64,000 nt of DNA from Clostridia bacterium (GTDB lineage Bacteria; Bacillota; Clostridia; CAKSNL01; HGM11501). The notes under the pieces were generated by a model. That model was given only the letters and a program-made list of their open reading frames with translations, did no database searches and had not been told where the DNA came from. Positions 20,201-29,327 of the stretch are shown here, one piece after another. Where the stretch lies: contig JAZQAZ010000015.1 in assembly GCA_045545475.1 (NCBI GenBank), forward strand, positions 32,001 to 96,000. Direction: 5' to 3'. Position 1 is the first letter of the stretch. The number at the start of each line of letters is the position of its first letter. The position numbers and the translations under genes were made by a program.

Positions 20201-20352
20201 GCCTTTTCGATTCCATACCACTGCTGATTACAGCTTGCCGTAATCGTCCAGGATGAAGAATCCTCATAATATTCTTCTGCACTTACTCCAATAGCCGATA
20301 CGAGAGAAAGCATAAGTGCAAAAACAAGTATTAAAGATAATGTTTTTTTCAT
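17215..20352 (-). CDS. Module 2 partner: secreted protein with 5 F5/8C (CBM32-like) domains + C-terminal stalk domain
   Basis: Signal peptide; five AFDG/IDG..YWHS..PRQ..AEI repeats; stalk domain LDVAPYIAGGSTLIPLRG...RTFIPIRFISEHLGY. Confidence 0.85.
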   Translation of the reverse strand: MKKTLSLILVFALMLSLVSAIGVSAEEYYEDSSSWTITASCNQQWYGIEKAFDGNESTYWHSEYSKDGASTKHNPPHTITVEFPDKRDISGVTYVPRQKTEKDSSEAGIWQIVEVYTSEDGVNYTYNTKLVYDTVAVAQQRETATAALYAGGSFKAIRFKVSGVSGHGSAAEIKFIKSGAKNTANVGTVKGDGATEKDESKKETEAKEPAKTVITEAGTETSVGTVYVSCFQKGNEIIKAFDGNEKTYWHSEYSKDGVSTKHENPHMITVIFPEIREISGVTYVPRQKTEKDTSEAGIWQIVEVYTSEDGVKFTYNTKLVYDTVAVAQQRETATAALYAAGKFKAIRFKVSGVSGHGSAAEITFIESGAKNTANVGTVKGDGRTDTYSLKTETVGGEVSEGNSIISADKKKWTVSASCVQKWYEADKAFDGKENTYWHSNFSDESGASTKHDPPHSITAVFDAPITFGGIRYTPRQINGKDASDAGIAKVIEIYVTEDGNNFKHMVTAEFPTSIISSREYRDVAIPGGSYKGIMIKVTDGNGGYATAAEIDLLAKGALSDSDVTVKDADGKVVVQKTEEKKDDEAKTEEVDNFLSSSGWKAEASSVREGYAPYKVIDGKENSYWHSNYVAEGSNIVSRDSAPYNIDIIFDKEETFSGFMYQARHDGTSGICTSYETYASDSDDGEWYFLESGTMNTAFSTLIPASKSEKHYVGNITAKKFRFVITNGGNGYGTCAELKLFKAKDGSDTVKASGYEALYDKKGLSEINTKDGIATSNKPAYVNGPLKNVLDGRPETWWQTASNEKAPYTLNINLARVQEIAAIDVFPRQTKDFHGTWEEFSVYYSLDGENYEVMFENLSFEKNLDVKRIVLDTPVKAQYVEFRITKGYTDKASVGELKFYETVATMKKRTGGNNEKYVLKIDSPVISAVKEGVAEEKTLDVAPYIAGGSTLIPLRGLLEMMGAEITWIDEDQTIIIKKDGITITLQNRYNLVFVETGGKYGTVRYTLPQAPRIKDGRTFIPIRFISEHLGYNVEWNGETRQVTITK
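19208..20206. repeat. Recent intragenic tandem duplication of about 430 bp (offset 567 bp)
   Basis: 19208-19639 and 19775-20206 are nearly identical in DNA and encode F5/8C domains 2 and 1. Confidence 0.9.
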
Positions 20353-20367
20353 ATTCTTTCCCTCCTA

Positions 20368-23130
20368 TCAGAGATTTTCCGCAGCTTTTAGTGCCGCAGA
20401 TTCATTTATTCCGTAACGACCTATTGCAAATATGCCTCCGCCTAAATCCTTAACCTCTAAATCGAATGCTTCTGCAAAATAGGTTATGGGCATATAGGGA
20501 ATTCCGTCCACCAGCTTCAATGGGTTGGAAAGTGTTCTTATCTTTCCGTTCACCCTCACTTCATAGGTTCCGATGAAGGAATATGTCCAGCGGTTATCAA
20601 CTATTTCATAGTTTTCAAGCTTGTGGCTTTTTACATATACAAGATTTTCATCGCTATAGAATTCGATTTTTGTTTCACCATAGCCGAGGATATCCTCTGC
20701 CGCCTTAACAGGAACATAAACTGTTCCGTTTTCAGCAAATGTTCCGTATCTTGTATCGGCTTCAAATGCAAACATCTTTCCGCCTTCAACATTTATATAC
20801 TTGCTTCCTGCCTTTACTACTGAAGTTTCAAAAAGAAGGCTTCTTGTATGTGCATCAAGTGTTACCTGAGGAATTTCCGTGTATAAATAGTTCATTCTTC
20901 CAAGGGGTGCAACTGTTCCGTGTTCGTAAACATTCAGGAAGTTTTCTCTTTCCTTTGCCACGTCTGCAATTTTATATTCAAATTCAACAGCTCCGGTTTC
21001 GCCAACTATCCATCTGGGAACAGAAACCGTCATTGCATTTCCTTTTACAGCAACCGAAACGTCAGCCACCTTGCCGAAATTAAGTCCGTCTGTGCAGGAA
21101 GAAAGTGTTCCCTTACCGCCAAGGTTTACTGCAAAGTCATAGCCTTCCCATCCGGTTGCCCGGTTACGGTCAATGTCAATGTAGATATGCATAAAGCCAT
21201 CTGCCTCAACTATATCCTTTTGCGCTTTTACAAGGAAATAGATATTTGCATCGTCTCTTGAAACCTTGGATGATAAAATGCGGTTTACTTCCTTTGTAAC
21301 ATAGTGGTATTTTTCTCCTGTTAAGTGGTTTCTCATACCATAGATGTCTCTTTCATATCCTCCACCGATATTTAAATATTCGGGAGTTACGCTGTCCCAC
21401 TGTGAAAGGTCACCTGCTATATCAATAGCCTTTGCTTCGCCTGCAACACGGGCAGGGCGAACACCCTTATATTTTCTGACGAAGTCTATAAGGAGCATAT
21501 AATAATCGTCTCTGAGCTTTCCTTTTGAAGGCTCGATATCACGGCTGTTTTCATCGTCAAAGGTGTCAACAAAGGCATTTTCAAAGCCTGAATACATACT
21601 CTGTCGGGCGGCAATCCATTCGTTCCAGCCACCAACCATTACCATAGCAGGATCTAAATCAAGGACACGTGATTCCTGCTCACGGAAGAAATATCCCTCG
21701 TTCATTGCGCCTTCGCGATAATCCTCACCAAAGGCTTCGGTGTAGCTTCTTCCTCTTGTGTATGGGTCTGAAAATACGCCTGTCTTTTCATATTCGAAAA
21801 CATAGGACTGATTTATCGCAACACCGAGGCTTATACACTCAGGTCTTCCGTCTTCTTCCAAATCCCAGGCTGTCTGAGGATATTTCTGAAGCCATACCCA
21901 GCTGTTTGCACCGTCTGTATATTCTCCGGCACTTCTGTTTCCCATATCCCTTACAGTGCAGTTATCAAAAATTTCATTTAAAAGTCTGTCGCTTTCCGCG
22001 TCACCTGAACCGAAGGACTTATTGGATAAATACTCTCTTGTGGTTCCGCCGAATAAAAGGGGCTTGTCATCCCATGTAAACCAAAGGTCTTTATACTGTT
22101 CATTTTTAATAAAGTTTAAGTAAATTGCCTTTACCTGCTTTTCTCTTTCCTTATAATCGGATGCCCAGGAATCCATAGCACAGATTTTCGGAACATTTAC
22201 ACCTGCTGCCTTTGCATCGGAAAATGCCTGAAACATCAGAATTGTAGTATCAAGGAAAATGTTGCTTCCGTTGGTCCAGTCAAGGAAAACGGTATCAACG
22301 CCCGCCATTGCAAGCATTTCTGCGTGACGGCGGAATTTGAAGTAGTCATAGTTACTTGTATAACCGAATATAGGCTCTGCCCAGTGATATACCGCATTGG
22401 TATCCCATGCCTTATGGTTGTAATCATCCTTTGCATCGGGATTTTCCGCAATTATTTCAGAAGGAATTCTTGCATTTGAACCGCTAGAGGGCTTTGCGGT
22501 CGAAAGACTTCTTCCGCCTGACCAGTTCCAGTAGGTTATTCCGACTTTGTGAGTGCCGTTTTTTACATCTCCTACCTCGGCATAATCTGCAATTTTTCTT
22601 CCGAGAGCGTCAGTTGCCGCCAACGTGTCATACCATCCGTCAACAATGGCAGAATCGGGCACAATTGTATATGTATTTTCCACCGCCTTGTCGGAAAGTA
22701 TTATTTCCGATACTCTGAACTCGCTTCCCGTATCACCATAGGTTGATTTAAGATATAAATCGTGAACGCCTTCGGTTGCTTCTATATTTGTATAAAACAC
22801 CTTGTCATAGGATTCCTTGTCGCTTAAAACAATGTATCCTATGCACTTACCCTTTATGGGATCATCGATGCGAAGAGAAATTGCATCACCGTTTGAAGAT
22901 GTTGATGACATATAAAAATCCGCCTTGATTCCGACAGATTTTATACCGGTGAAATCTATCCCCTTATAGCCCGCATACTGATCCATACGGCTTAAATTTA
23001 CCTTTTCACCCGAAAGCGATGCTCCCGATAAATCAAAAGCCGTATTTGCCTTTATTGTTTCTTCTGCCTTAACTAAAATGCAGGATGAAATCATTACAAG
23101 GCAAAGTATTAAGCTAAGTAATTTTTTCAT
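20368..23130 (-). CDS. Module 2 enzyme: CBM6-like + GH99/GH71-like + stalk-type domain, secreted
   Basis: EGVHDLYL; YHWAEPIFGY..RRHAEMLAMAGVD; GWNEW...DDENSRDIEP; paralog of 14335..16980. Confidence 0.7.
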   Translation of the reverse strand: MKKLLSLILCLVMISSCILVKAEETIKANTAFDLSGASLSGEKVNLSRMDQYAGYKGIDFTGIKSVGIKADFYMSSTSSNGDAISLRIDDPIKGKCIGYIVLSDKESYDKVFYTNIEATEGVHDLYLKSTYGDTGSEFRVSEIILSDKAVENTYTIVPDSAIVDGWYDTLAATDALGRKIADYAEVGDVKNGTHKVGITYWNWSGGRSLSTAKPSSGSNARIPSEIIAENPDAKDDYNHKAWDTNAVYHWAEPIFGYTSNYDYFKFRRHAEMLAMAGVDTVFLDWTNGSNIFLDTTILMFQAFSDAKAAGVNVPKICAMDSWASDYKEREKQVKAIYLNFIKNEQYKDLWFTWDDKPLLFGGTTREYLSNKSFGSGDAESDRLLNEIFDNCTVRDMGNRSAGEYTDGANSWVWLQKYPQTAWDLEEDGRPECISLGVAINQSYVFEYEKTGVFSDPYTRGRSYTEAFGEDYREGAMNEGYFFREQESRVLDLDPAMVMVGGWNEWIAARQSMYSGFENAFVDTFDDENSRDIEPSKGKLRDDYYMLLIDFVRKYKGVRPARVAGEAKAIDIAGDLSQWDSVTPEYLNIGGGYERDIYGMRNHLTGEKYHYVTKEVNRILSSKVSRDDANIYFLVKAQKDIVEADGFMHIYIDIDRNRATGWEGYDFAVNLGGKGTLSSCTDGLNFGKVADVSVAVKGNAMTVSVPRWIVGETGAVEFEYKIADVAKERENFLNVYEHGTVAPLGRMNYLYTEIPQVTLDAHTRSLLFETSVVKAGSKYINVEGGKMFAFEADTRYGTFAENGTVYVPVKAAEDILGYGETKIEFYSDENLVYVKSHKLENYEIVDNRWTYSFIGTYEVRVNGKIRTLSNPLKLVDGIPYMPITYFAEAFDLEVKDLGGGIFAIGRYGINESAALKAAENL

Positions 23131-23146
23131 ATTTTGTCCCCCTTAA

Positions 23147-23947
23147 TTATTTCCCGATTTTTTCTTTTCTTTTCATAAATTCTTCTCTCAGGCTTTCAAC
23201 TACCGTGTCTTCTTTCAAAGCCAGAATGTCCTTTGCAAGTCTCTTTGCATATAATTCGATAAGCTTATCCCCTTTTTCCTTTGTAGCTTTGGAGGGGCTT
23301 CCCGTAACGTGTTCGGGATAGCTTGCATACCAGGAGAAAGGTGTTTTAACCCTTCCTAAATGCTTGACACGTTTAAGCGCCTCAATAGGCTCCGGAGCTT
23401 TGCAGTTTTCAAGCTTTACGCTGCCCGGTGCCGCAGACATTGCAAGGCTTGTTTCCCAGGCATCTGCGTGACCTCCGTCAGGCTTAACATATTTATATAC
23501 CTCATCAAGTTCACTTGAGCTTAATCCCACATCAAAGCTTACGGCATAGAGGGTATAAGGAACATCTCTGTCCATATTTGAGAAAAGGAAATAATTAAGC
23601 ATCGGCATATTTCCGCCGTGGCCGTTTACAAACATAATTTTTGTAAAGCCGTTTCGCCCTATTTCATCGCATAGATTGCGAAGAATGGTAAGTGTTAAAT
23701 CCGAATCAAAAACTATTGCTCCGGGAGAATGTGTTGCCTCGTGTCCCTGCCCGAACCAATAGCCGGGGAAAACCACACAAGGTTCAAGCTTTGCGGCTTC
23801 GACCGCTATTTTGTGAGCCGCCAGAACGTCTGTCCCAAGGGGGCCGTGGTCTCCGTGACGTTCCAGTATTCCTATGGGTATCAGGCAAATTTTTTCTTTT
23901 TTCGCCATTTCCTCAAGTTCTTTAGATGTTAAAAGTTCCCATTGCAT
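23147..23947 (-). CDS. Creatininase / MftE-family metal amidohydrolase (copy 2)
   Basis: PIGILERHGDHGPLGTD, VNGHGGN, GGHADAWETS, ATKEKG. Confidence 0.9.
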   Translation of the reverse strand: MQWELLTSKELEEMAKKEKICLIPIGILERHGDHGPLGTDVLAAHKIAVEAAKLEPCVVFPGYWFGQGHEATHSPGAIVFDSDLTLTILRNLCDEIGRNGFTKIMFVNGHGGNMPMLNYFLFSNMDRDVPYTLYAVSFDVGLSSSELDEVYKYVKPDGGHADAWETSLAMSAAPGSVKLENCKAPEPIEALKRVKHLGRVKTPFSWYASYPEHVTGSPSKATKEKGDKLIELYAKRLAKDILALKEDTVVESLREEFMKRKEKIGK

Positions 23948-23963
23948 ACTGCCGCCTCCTTAA

Positions 23964-24767
23964 TTATTTCCCGATTTTTTCCGACCTTTCCATAAATTCT
24001 TCTTTAAGGCTTTCCACAACAGTATCTTCCTTAACAGCCTTTATATCTCTTGCAAGAACCTTTGCATAAAGCTCTATAAGCTTGTCGCCCGCTTCTTTAT
24101 TCGCCATGGAAGGATTACCCGTAACGTGTTCGGGGAAGCTTGCATACCATGAAAAGGGTGTAAAAACTCTTCCCAAATGATTTACCCTTCCCATAGCCTT
24201 TATGGGTTCAGGAAATCTTTGATATTCCATCTTCACGCTTTCGGGCGCAACAGACATAACAAGGCTTGTCTCCCATTTATCTGCGTGTCCGCCCGAATCT
24301 GCCGCCATGTAGCTATCCGCCTCTTCCCTTTCAGAAGGTGTAAGACCTGAATCGTACATTACGGAATAAAGTGTGTAAGGAACATTTTTATCCATTGTTG
24401 AAAAAAGGAAATAGGAAAGCAACGAACCGTTTCCGCCGTGGCCGTTTACAAACATAATTTTTGTAAAACCGTTTCTTGCAATTTCGTCGCAGAGATTTTT
24501 AAGAAGGGTTAATGTGAAATCCGATTCAAAGCTTACCGCACCAACTGAAAACTTTGCTTCGTGAACCTGACCGAACCAGTAAACGGGGAAAACCGCACAA
24601 GGCTCGATTTTTGCAGCTTCAACCGCAATTTTATGTGCAACAAGTCCGTCTGTTCCGAGGGGCAGATGCTCTCCGTGACGCTCAAGTACACCGATCGGAA
24701 CAATACAAAGCTTTTCTTCCTTTGCCATTTTTTCAAGATCTACAGGTGTTGATAATTCCCACTGCAT
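23964..24767 (-). CDS. Creatininase / MftE-family metal amidohydrolase (copy 1)
   Basis: PIGVLERHGEHLPLGTD, VNGHGGN, GGHADKWETS; tandem paralog of 23147..23947. Confidence 0.9.
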   Translation of the reverse strand: MQWELSTPVDLEKMAKEEKLCIVPIGVLERHGEHLPLGTDGLVAHKIAVEAAKIEPCAVFPVYWFGQVHEAKFSVGAVSFESDFTLTLLKNLCDEIARNGFTKIMFVNGHGGNGSLLSYFLFSTMDKNVPYTLYSVMYDSGLTPSEREEADSYMAADSGGHADKWETSLVMSVAPESVKMEYQRFPEPIKAMGRVNHLGRVFTPFSWYASFPEHVTGNPSMANKEAGDKLIELYAKVLARDIKAVKEDTVVESLKEEFMERSEKIGK

Positions 24768-24779
24768 AGTGCCGCCTCC

Positions 24780-25646
24780 TTATCTGTAAATGCCCTTTTC
24801 GGGCTCATACATAAAATATCCAACGCCAAAGCCAACGCTTTTGCCGTCTTTAAGATACTTATAAAAGCTCTTCTGAAAGCTTGTCTTAAGGTCTTCTTCC
24901 TTTACATCGTCAAAATTCAATTTGTCGAAAACCCGCCAGTAATCGCAATTGCCGCTATCCTTTTTAAATACAATTTCAAAGCAATCGTAAAACATTTTCA
25001 TATTGCTTCCCTCTTTATAGCAGGAGGCGATTCCCGGATGTATAAGCCAGGATGCACATCTTACAGGCATCGGGCCTGTATATCCGAAAAAGTCATAGGC
25101 TTTTTTAAGGGAATCCATTAAAAGCTCTTCTGTAAGAGGACCGGTTGAAGGAATGTGGCAGTTTAATACAGTATCGCCCTTTTTCACATAGTCCTTAAAA
25201 TCAACGTCCGAAGCCATAGGCTCATACTGAAGTCTCCCCAGACCGTAAATTTTAAGCCAGTAATAAAGGCTCATCCAGTCGGAAACAAAGGTGCCGACGA
25301 TTCCGTAAACCTTCTTGCACTCGTCATTTTTTGTGGACAAATCAAGCACGGAATTGTAATATACATCCTCTGATATTCCCTTTGCCTTGTAGATATAGCG
25401 AAGAGGTCTTGCCGCAAGGAGCAAAAATGCCAGATTTACTGTGTAAATATGTATATTTTTCTCCTCCGAAAGCTGTTTTAATATTTCATTATATTTTCTT
25501 TCACGGCAAAGGAACAAATCGTCAAGCGCACACTTTATATCGTCTCTTGATTCCTTATCTTCTGTTAAAGTGTCGCATACAGAAGAAAGGTAAGCCGAAT
25601 CCTCCTTTGAAAAGCCGATTTTTACTAAAAATTCATACATTTTCAT
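24780..25646 (-). CDS. N-acyltransferase domain protein (DUF5596 / NAT_N + GNAT_C type)
   Basis: LGRLQYE, VLNCHIPSTGPL, CASWLI, SNM..F, RVF, TSFQK motifs. Confidence 0.7.
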   Translation of the reverse strand: MKMYEFLVKIGFSKEDSAYLSSVCDTLTEDKESRDDIKCALDDLFLCRERKYNEILKQLSEEKNIHIYTVNLAFLLLAARPLRYIYKAKGISEDVYYNSVLDLSTKNDECKKVYGIVGTFVSDWMSLYYWLKIYGLGRLQYEPMASDVDFKDYVKKGDTVLNCHIPSTGPLTEELLMDSLKKAYDFFGYTGPMPVRCASWLIHPGIASCYKEGSNMKMFYDCFEIVFKKDSGNCDYWRVFDKLNFDDVKEEDLKTSFQKSFYKYLKDGKSVGFGVGYFMYEPEKGIYR

Positions 25647-25754
25647 TTCACTTCCTGTAAATATATTGTTACTGTAAATTATAATATTTTAATGGTTAAT
25701 TGTCAAATAATTTAAGCCTTATTACAATCAGAAAATGTACCGGTTTCCAATTAC

Positions 25755-27191
25755 TTATATGCTAAGCTTATCTGCAAATTTCAGTATCTTTTCCGAGTTT
25801 TCAAAAAATTCTTTTTCGCTGTAATGGTCTTCAGAGTTCCAGGTTCTGTCAACGGTCTGGGCAAGATTGAGAATAACTCTTTCTCTCATTCCCTCAAATG
25901 AGCTTCCCCACTGGCAAAGCATACCGCCGAGCACCATTTCCGGAGGCTCCAATTTAAGTCCGTTAAACGCCTTTGATGGCCAAGCCCAATGCTGAAGCTC
26001 GTGAACCTTCCAGTCTTCCCCTGCAACCGTCCACTTAAATTCGTGATTCAAGTCTTTTTCAATCCATTCAGGAACAACATACATAGGCTTCCAGGAGGCA
26101 TTTACCACCTTAAATCCCGCTTCGATAAGTTCGGGGCCTATCTGATAATAATTTTCCCAAGAAATAACTATGCATTCCCTTGAAATTTTTTCTGTTCCCT
26201 CTTTCGGAAATCCTTCCCACACAATGGGCGTTCTTCCCAAAGAAAGACAAATATCAACTATTTTAGCCGTAAAATGCGAGTAAAGCTCCTTTGTTGAGCC
26301 AATGCCGTTTTTCTTCATATACTCTGTGCAAAGTGTGCAGTCTGCCCACTTTTCGTGCTTCGCCTCGTCGCATCCTATGTGGATGTATTTTGAATATTTG
26401 AAAATTTCCGCAATTTCGGAAAGCATTTTTTCTATATTTTCAAAAATGTGAGGTTTTCCTATACACATTATGTTTTCTGTCCATTTTTTCTTGTCAGCCG
26501 GGTTCATAAGTACCTTTGCCGTTTCGCTTTCTTTGAAAAACTCGTTTGCAAATTCATCGGGACAGTTTCTGATTAATTCCGCCGAGTGACCTATTCCCTC
26601 AAACTCCGGGATAAGCTCCACTCCTGCCTCATTGGCATATTCTACAAGATATTCAATTTCTTCCCTCTTATAACTTTTCCCCTTTGTTGCTGCATCAGGG
26701 AAACATTTAAGAGGCAGTGTCCATGCCTTATTATCCATCAGGTGAAGCTGTATGTACTTTACCTTATACAGCCAGCAAATATCCACAAGTGCAATAAGGC
26801 TGTCGAAATCGGTTAATTCCGTCTTTACGTCTTCCATATATGCACGAAAATCCTTGTCGGGCTTATCAACTATCTCTGTATCCCGCAGTTTAAAACCATT
26901 TTCGGCTTTTTCCATAAGCTGAATCATGGTTGCAAGTCCGTATGCCGCCCCCTCTGTATCCGATGCATATACAAAAGCACCATTTATTTTATATTCGTCT
27001 TTATTTAAACTTTCATCATATAAAAGCTTAATTCCCGCATCTCCGCTTTTAAGTCTGACACCGTAAATTTTACGACACATTCTTAAAAAAGTCTTTTTGC
27101 AAAAGGAAAGTCTTTCATCAGATGAAAATTCAGGCGAAATGAAAATTTCTCCCTTTTCTTTTATGCTTTTAACCTTTGGTATAATATTCAT
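25755..27191 (-). CDS. GH20 beta-N-acetylhexosaminidase, cytoplasmic
   Basis: IVDKPD.DFRA, QLHLMD, IPEFEGIGHS, HIGCDEA (catalytic DE), VLGGMLCQW. Confidence 0.85.
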   Translation of the reverse strand: MNIIPKVKSIKEKGEIFISPEFSSDERLSFCKKTFLRMCRKIYGVRLKSGDAGIKLLYDESLNKDEYKINGAFVYASDTEGAAYGLATMIQLMEKAENGFKLRDTEIVDKPDKDFRAYMEDVKTELTDFDSLIALVDICWLYKVKYIQLHLMDNKAWTLPLKCFPDAATKGKSYKREEIEYLVEYANEAGVELIPEFEGIGHSAELIRNCPDEFANEFFKESETAKVLMNPADKKKWTENIMCIGKPHIFENIEKMLSEIAEIFKYSKYIHIGCDEAKHEKWADCTLCTEYMKKNGIGSTKELYSHFTAKIVDICLSLGRTPIVWEGFPKEGTEKISRECIVISWENYYQIGPELIEAGFKVVNASWKPMYVVPEWIEKDLNHEFKWTVAGEDWKVHELQHWAWPSKAFNGLKLEPPEMVLGGMLCQWGSSFEGMRERVILNLAQTVDRTWNSEDHYSEKEFFENSEKILKFADKLSI

Positions 27192-27205
27192 TTAACCTCT
27201 TCCCT

Positions 27206-27964
27206 TCATTCTTTTGCTATTATATCGCAAAGTCTCTTTTCACAGAAGTCCAGAAATTCGCCCCAGCTTTCACCGTCAATAAAGAGGTTTTCTCCGGTGG
27301 TTGCAAGAATCTCCGCCTTGTCCTCCGTATTGTTGTTCCACACGTGGTTTCCGATAAATACATCAACCTTTTTTTCTTTTAATCTTTTAAGTGAGTTAAA
27401 ATAATCCTCTCTGCAGTTATCATAGTCAAACCTTTCTTTCACAAGAGTGTTTGCTCCCGCACCGCCAAAGGTTCCCACCTTGTATGTTATGCCATTTTCT
27501 TCGGTTTCGTAAAAAAGTGAAATTGTACCTTCTGTGTGACCAGGCGTTTCCATAACCTCAATTCTTGTATTGCCGAGGGAGACAACATCTCCATCTTTCA
27601 AAAGAGCATCGGCAATAAAATATTTTTCTGCCTTTTTGGCATCCTTTCTTCCGATAAAGGTTTTAGCTCCCGTAAGATCAGAAAGTGCCGCCGTTGCCTC
27701 GGTATGATCCCCGTGCCAGTGAGTGAGAATGATATATTTTATATCATAAGGTGAAAAGCCAAGCTTGTATATGGAGTTTATCAAAAGAAACAAAGTATCG
27801 CTGTAGCCGACATCAATAAGAATAAGTCCGTCACCGGTGTCAATAAGATGGGCTGAAGCAGGATAAGTTCCGACAAAATAGGTGTTGCCCACAATCTTAA
27901 ATGGCTCCATTTTTCCTTCGTAATGGGCAGCAAAATTCTTCACTTTTCTGTACATAAAACACAT
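27206..27964 (-). CDS. MBL-fold metallo-hydrolase, subclass B3-like
   Basis: PFKIVGNTYFVGT, THWHGDH (HxHxDH), TPGHTEG, GNH; no signal peptide. Confidence 0.8.
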   Translation of the reverse strand: MCFMYRKVKNFAAHYEGKMEPFKIVGNTYFVGTYPASAHLIDTGDGLILIDVGYSDTLFLLINSIYKLGFSPYDIKYIILTHWHGDHTEATAALSDLTGAKTFIGRKDAKKAEKYFIADALLKDGDVVSLGNTRIEVMETPGHTEGTISLFYETEENGITYKVGTFGGAGANTLVKERFDYDNCREDYFNSLKRLKEKKVDVFIGNHVWNNNTEDKAEILATTGENLFIDGESWGEFLDFCEKRLCDIIAKE

Positions 27965-28131
27965 CTCCTTTTACATATCAAACCCTGTTTAATAAAATCA
28001 TAGCATAAGACTTTTTCCTTGTCAACGTTTTCAAATCGAAAGTTTTTCGAAAACAAAAAATTGTGTAATATATTTGTTTTTTTCGCATTTTTTCGTAATA
28101 TTTCAAAAAGTGTTTTTTGCCTCATATAAAA

Positions 28132-28170
28132 AAATATAGTGGCTGATGTCTATATCAGCCACTGATTTTT
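28132..28170 (-). terminator. Intrinsic terminator
   Basis: AGTGGCTGAT / ATCAGCCACT stem with flanking A/T tracts. Confidence 0.7.
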
Positions 28171-28180
28171 ATTCAGTATT

Positions 28181-29314
28181 TTACCATTCAAAGTTCTTCT
28201 CTATCTGAGGATAGGGATTTATTGTAAGATGCTCGCTTAAGGGAAGGCCCTTTCTTACTCTGTCCATAAAGTTTAAAAATTCAATATAATCAGGAAGCTT
28301 ATGGCGATGCTGACCGGGACGGAACCATGCAGCAGCATGATCTTCGCAGCCTAAGTATTTATAGCATTCCTTTACAGCCATAAAGTTCTGCCATGCACCG
28401 ATGGGGTTTATCCAGTAGTCCTGCATACCTTCGCACTGGAGGTAGTATCTCGGTGCAACAAGTGCTCCGAAATAGTGCATATCGTAAGGAAGATCCTCTT
28501 CTCTGTCGCGGTAAGGTGTAAGACCGTCACCCATCCATGTGGGGAAAGCATCAAGCATATCGGCAAGTCGCTCTGTTCTTCTGCCCGCATCACCCTGGTC
28601 TGTTACAACCGCGCGGTAGGAAACTGCACCGTGACAACCGGAGTTATTGGGGCAGGTGTACTTAATTCTTTCGTCTATTACTGCCGCAAGCATAGCGGTT
28701 TTTCCGCCGCGGGAATGGCCTGTTACACCAACCTCTGTTTCGTCAACGAATGAGAGCTTTTCGAATACATCCATACAAACCATATAGCCCCACGCCCAGG
28801 CACCGATATCGGTGAAGCGGACATCGGGATATACTCTGTGAAGTCCGCCCTCGCGGCTTCCCTTAATGTCATTTGCAAGCTCCAGACGGTTAAAGCGCGC
28901 GGCAATATAGCCTCTTCTCATAGCTTCCCATGCAACATCGCTTTCCATATTCTGATAGCAGCCGTCACCCGTTAATACAACGGGATATTTTTCTGTTTCG
29001 CTTAAGGGGGTGTCGCCTCCTCCGGGGCTTACACCGGGAACATAAGGAATGTTTAATTCAAGTGTAAAGGAAACCTGACGTTCCTTTGTTCCCGCATAAA
29101 TCTTGTACCATGTGGGAACATGGTTTCTTGTAAGCGTATTAAGCCGTTCAAATTCAACAACCTCGGGATGGGGCGGAATTTCGCCGTATTCCGTCTCAAC
29201 AATCCTTTTCTTAATGGCTTCTCTTTCCTTTTCCCACTCTGCGGGAGTCATTCTTGTTCCGTCTTCCTTTAAAAACGGATCGGGCATTTTTCCTAAAAAT
29301 GTAATCTGTCTCAT
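28181..29314 (-). CDS. CE15-like (glucuronoyl esterase family) hydrolase, second copy
   Basis: AWAWG, GHSRGGK, NNSGCHG, LPYDMHY..ALVAPR, RPGQH. Confidence 0.8.
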   Translation of the reverse strand: MRQITFLGKMPDPFLKEDGTRMTPAEWEKEREAIKKRIVETEYGEIPPHPEVVEFERLNTLTRNHVPTWYKIYAGTKERQVSFTLELNIPYVPGVSPGGGDTPLSETEKYPVVLTGDGCYQNMESDVAWEAMRRGYIAARFNRLELANDIKGSREGGLHRVYPDVRFTDIGAWAWGYMVCMDVFEKLSFVDETEVGVTGHSRGGKTAMLAAVIDERIKYTCPNNSGCHGAVSYRAVVTDQGDAGRRTERLADMLDAFPTWMGDGLTPYRDREEDLPYDMHYFGALVAPRYYLQCEGMQDYWINPIGAWQNFMAVKECYKYLGCEDHAAAWFRPGQHRHKLPDYIEFLNFMDRVRKGLPLSEHLTINPYPQIEKNFEW

Positions 29315-29327
29315 GCTAACTACTCCT

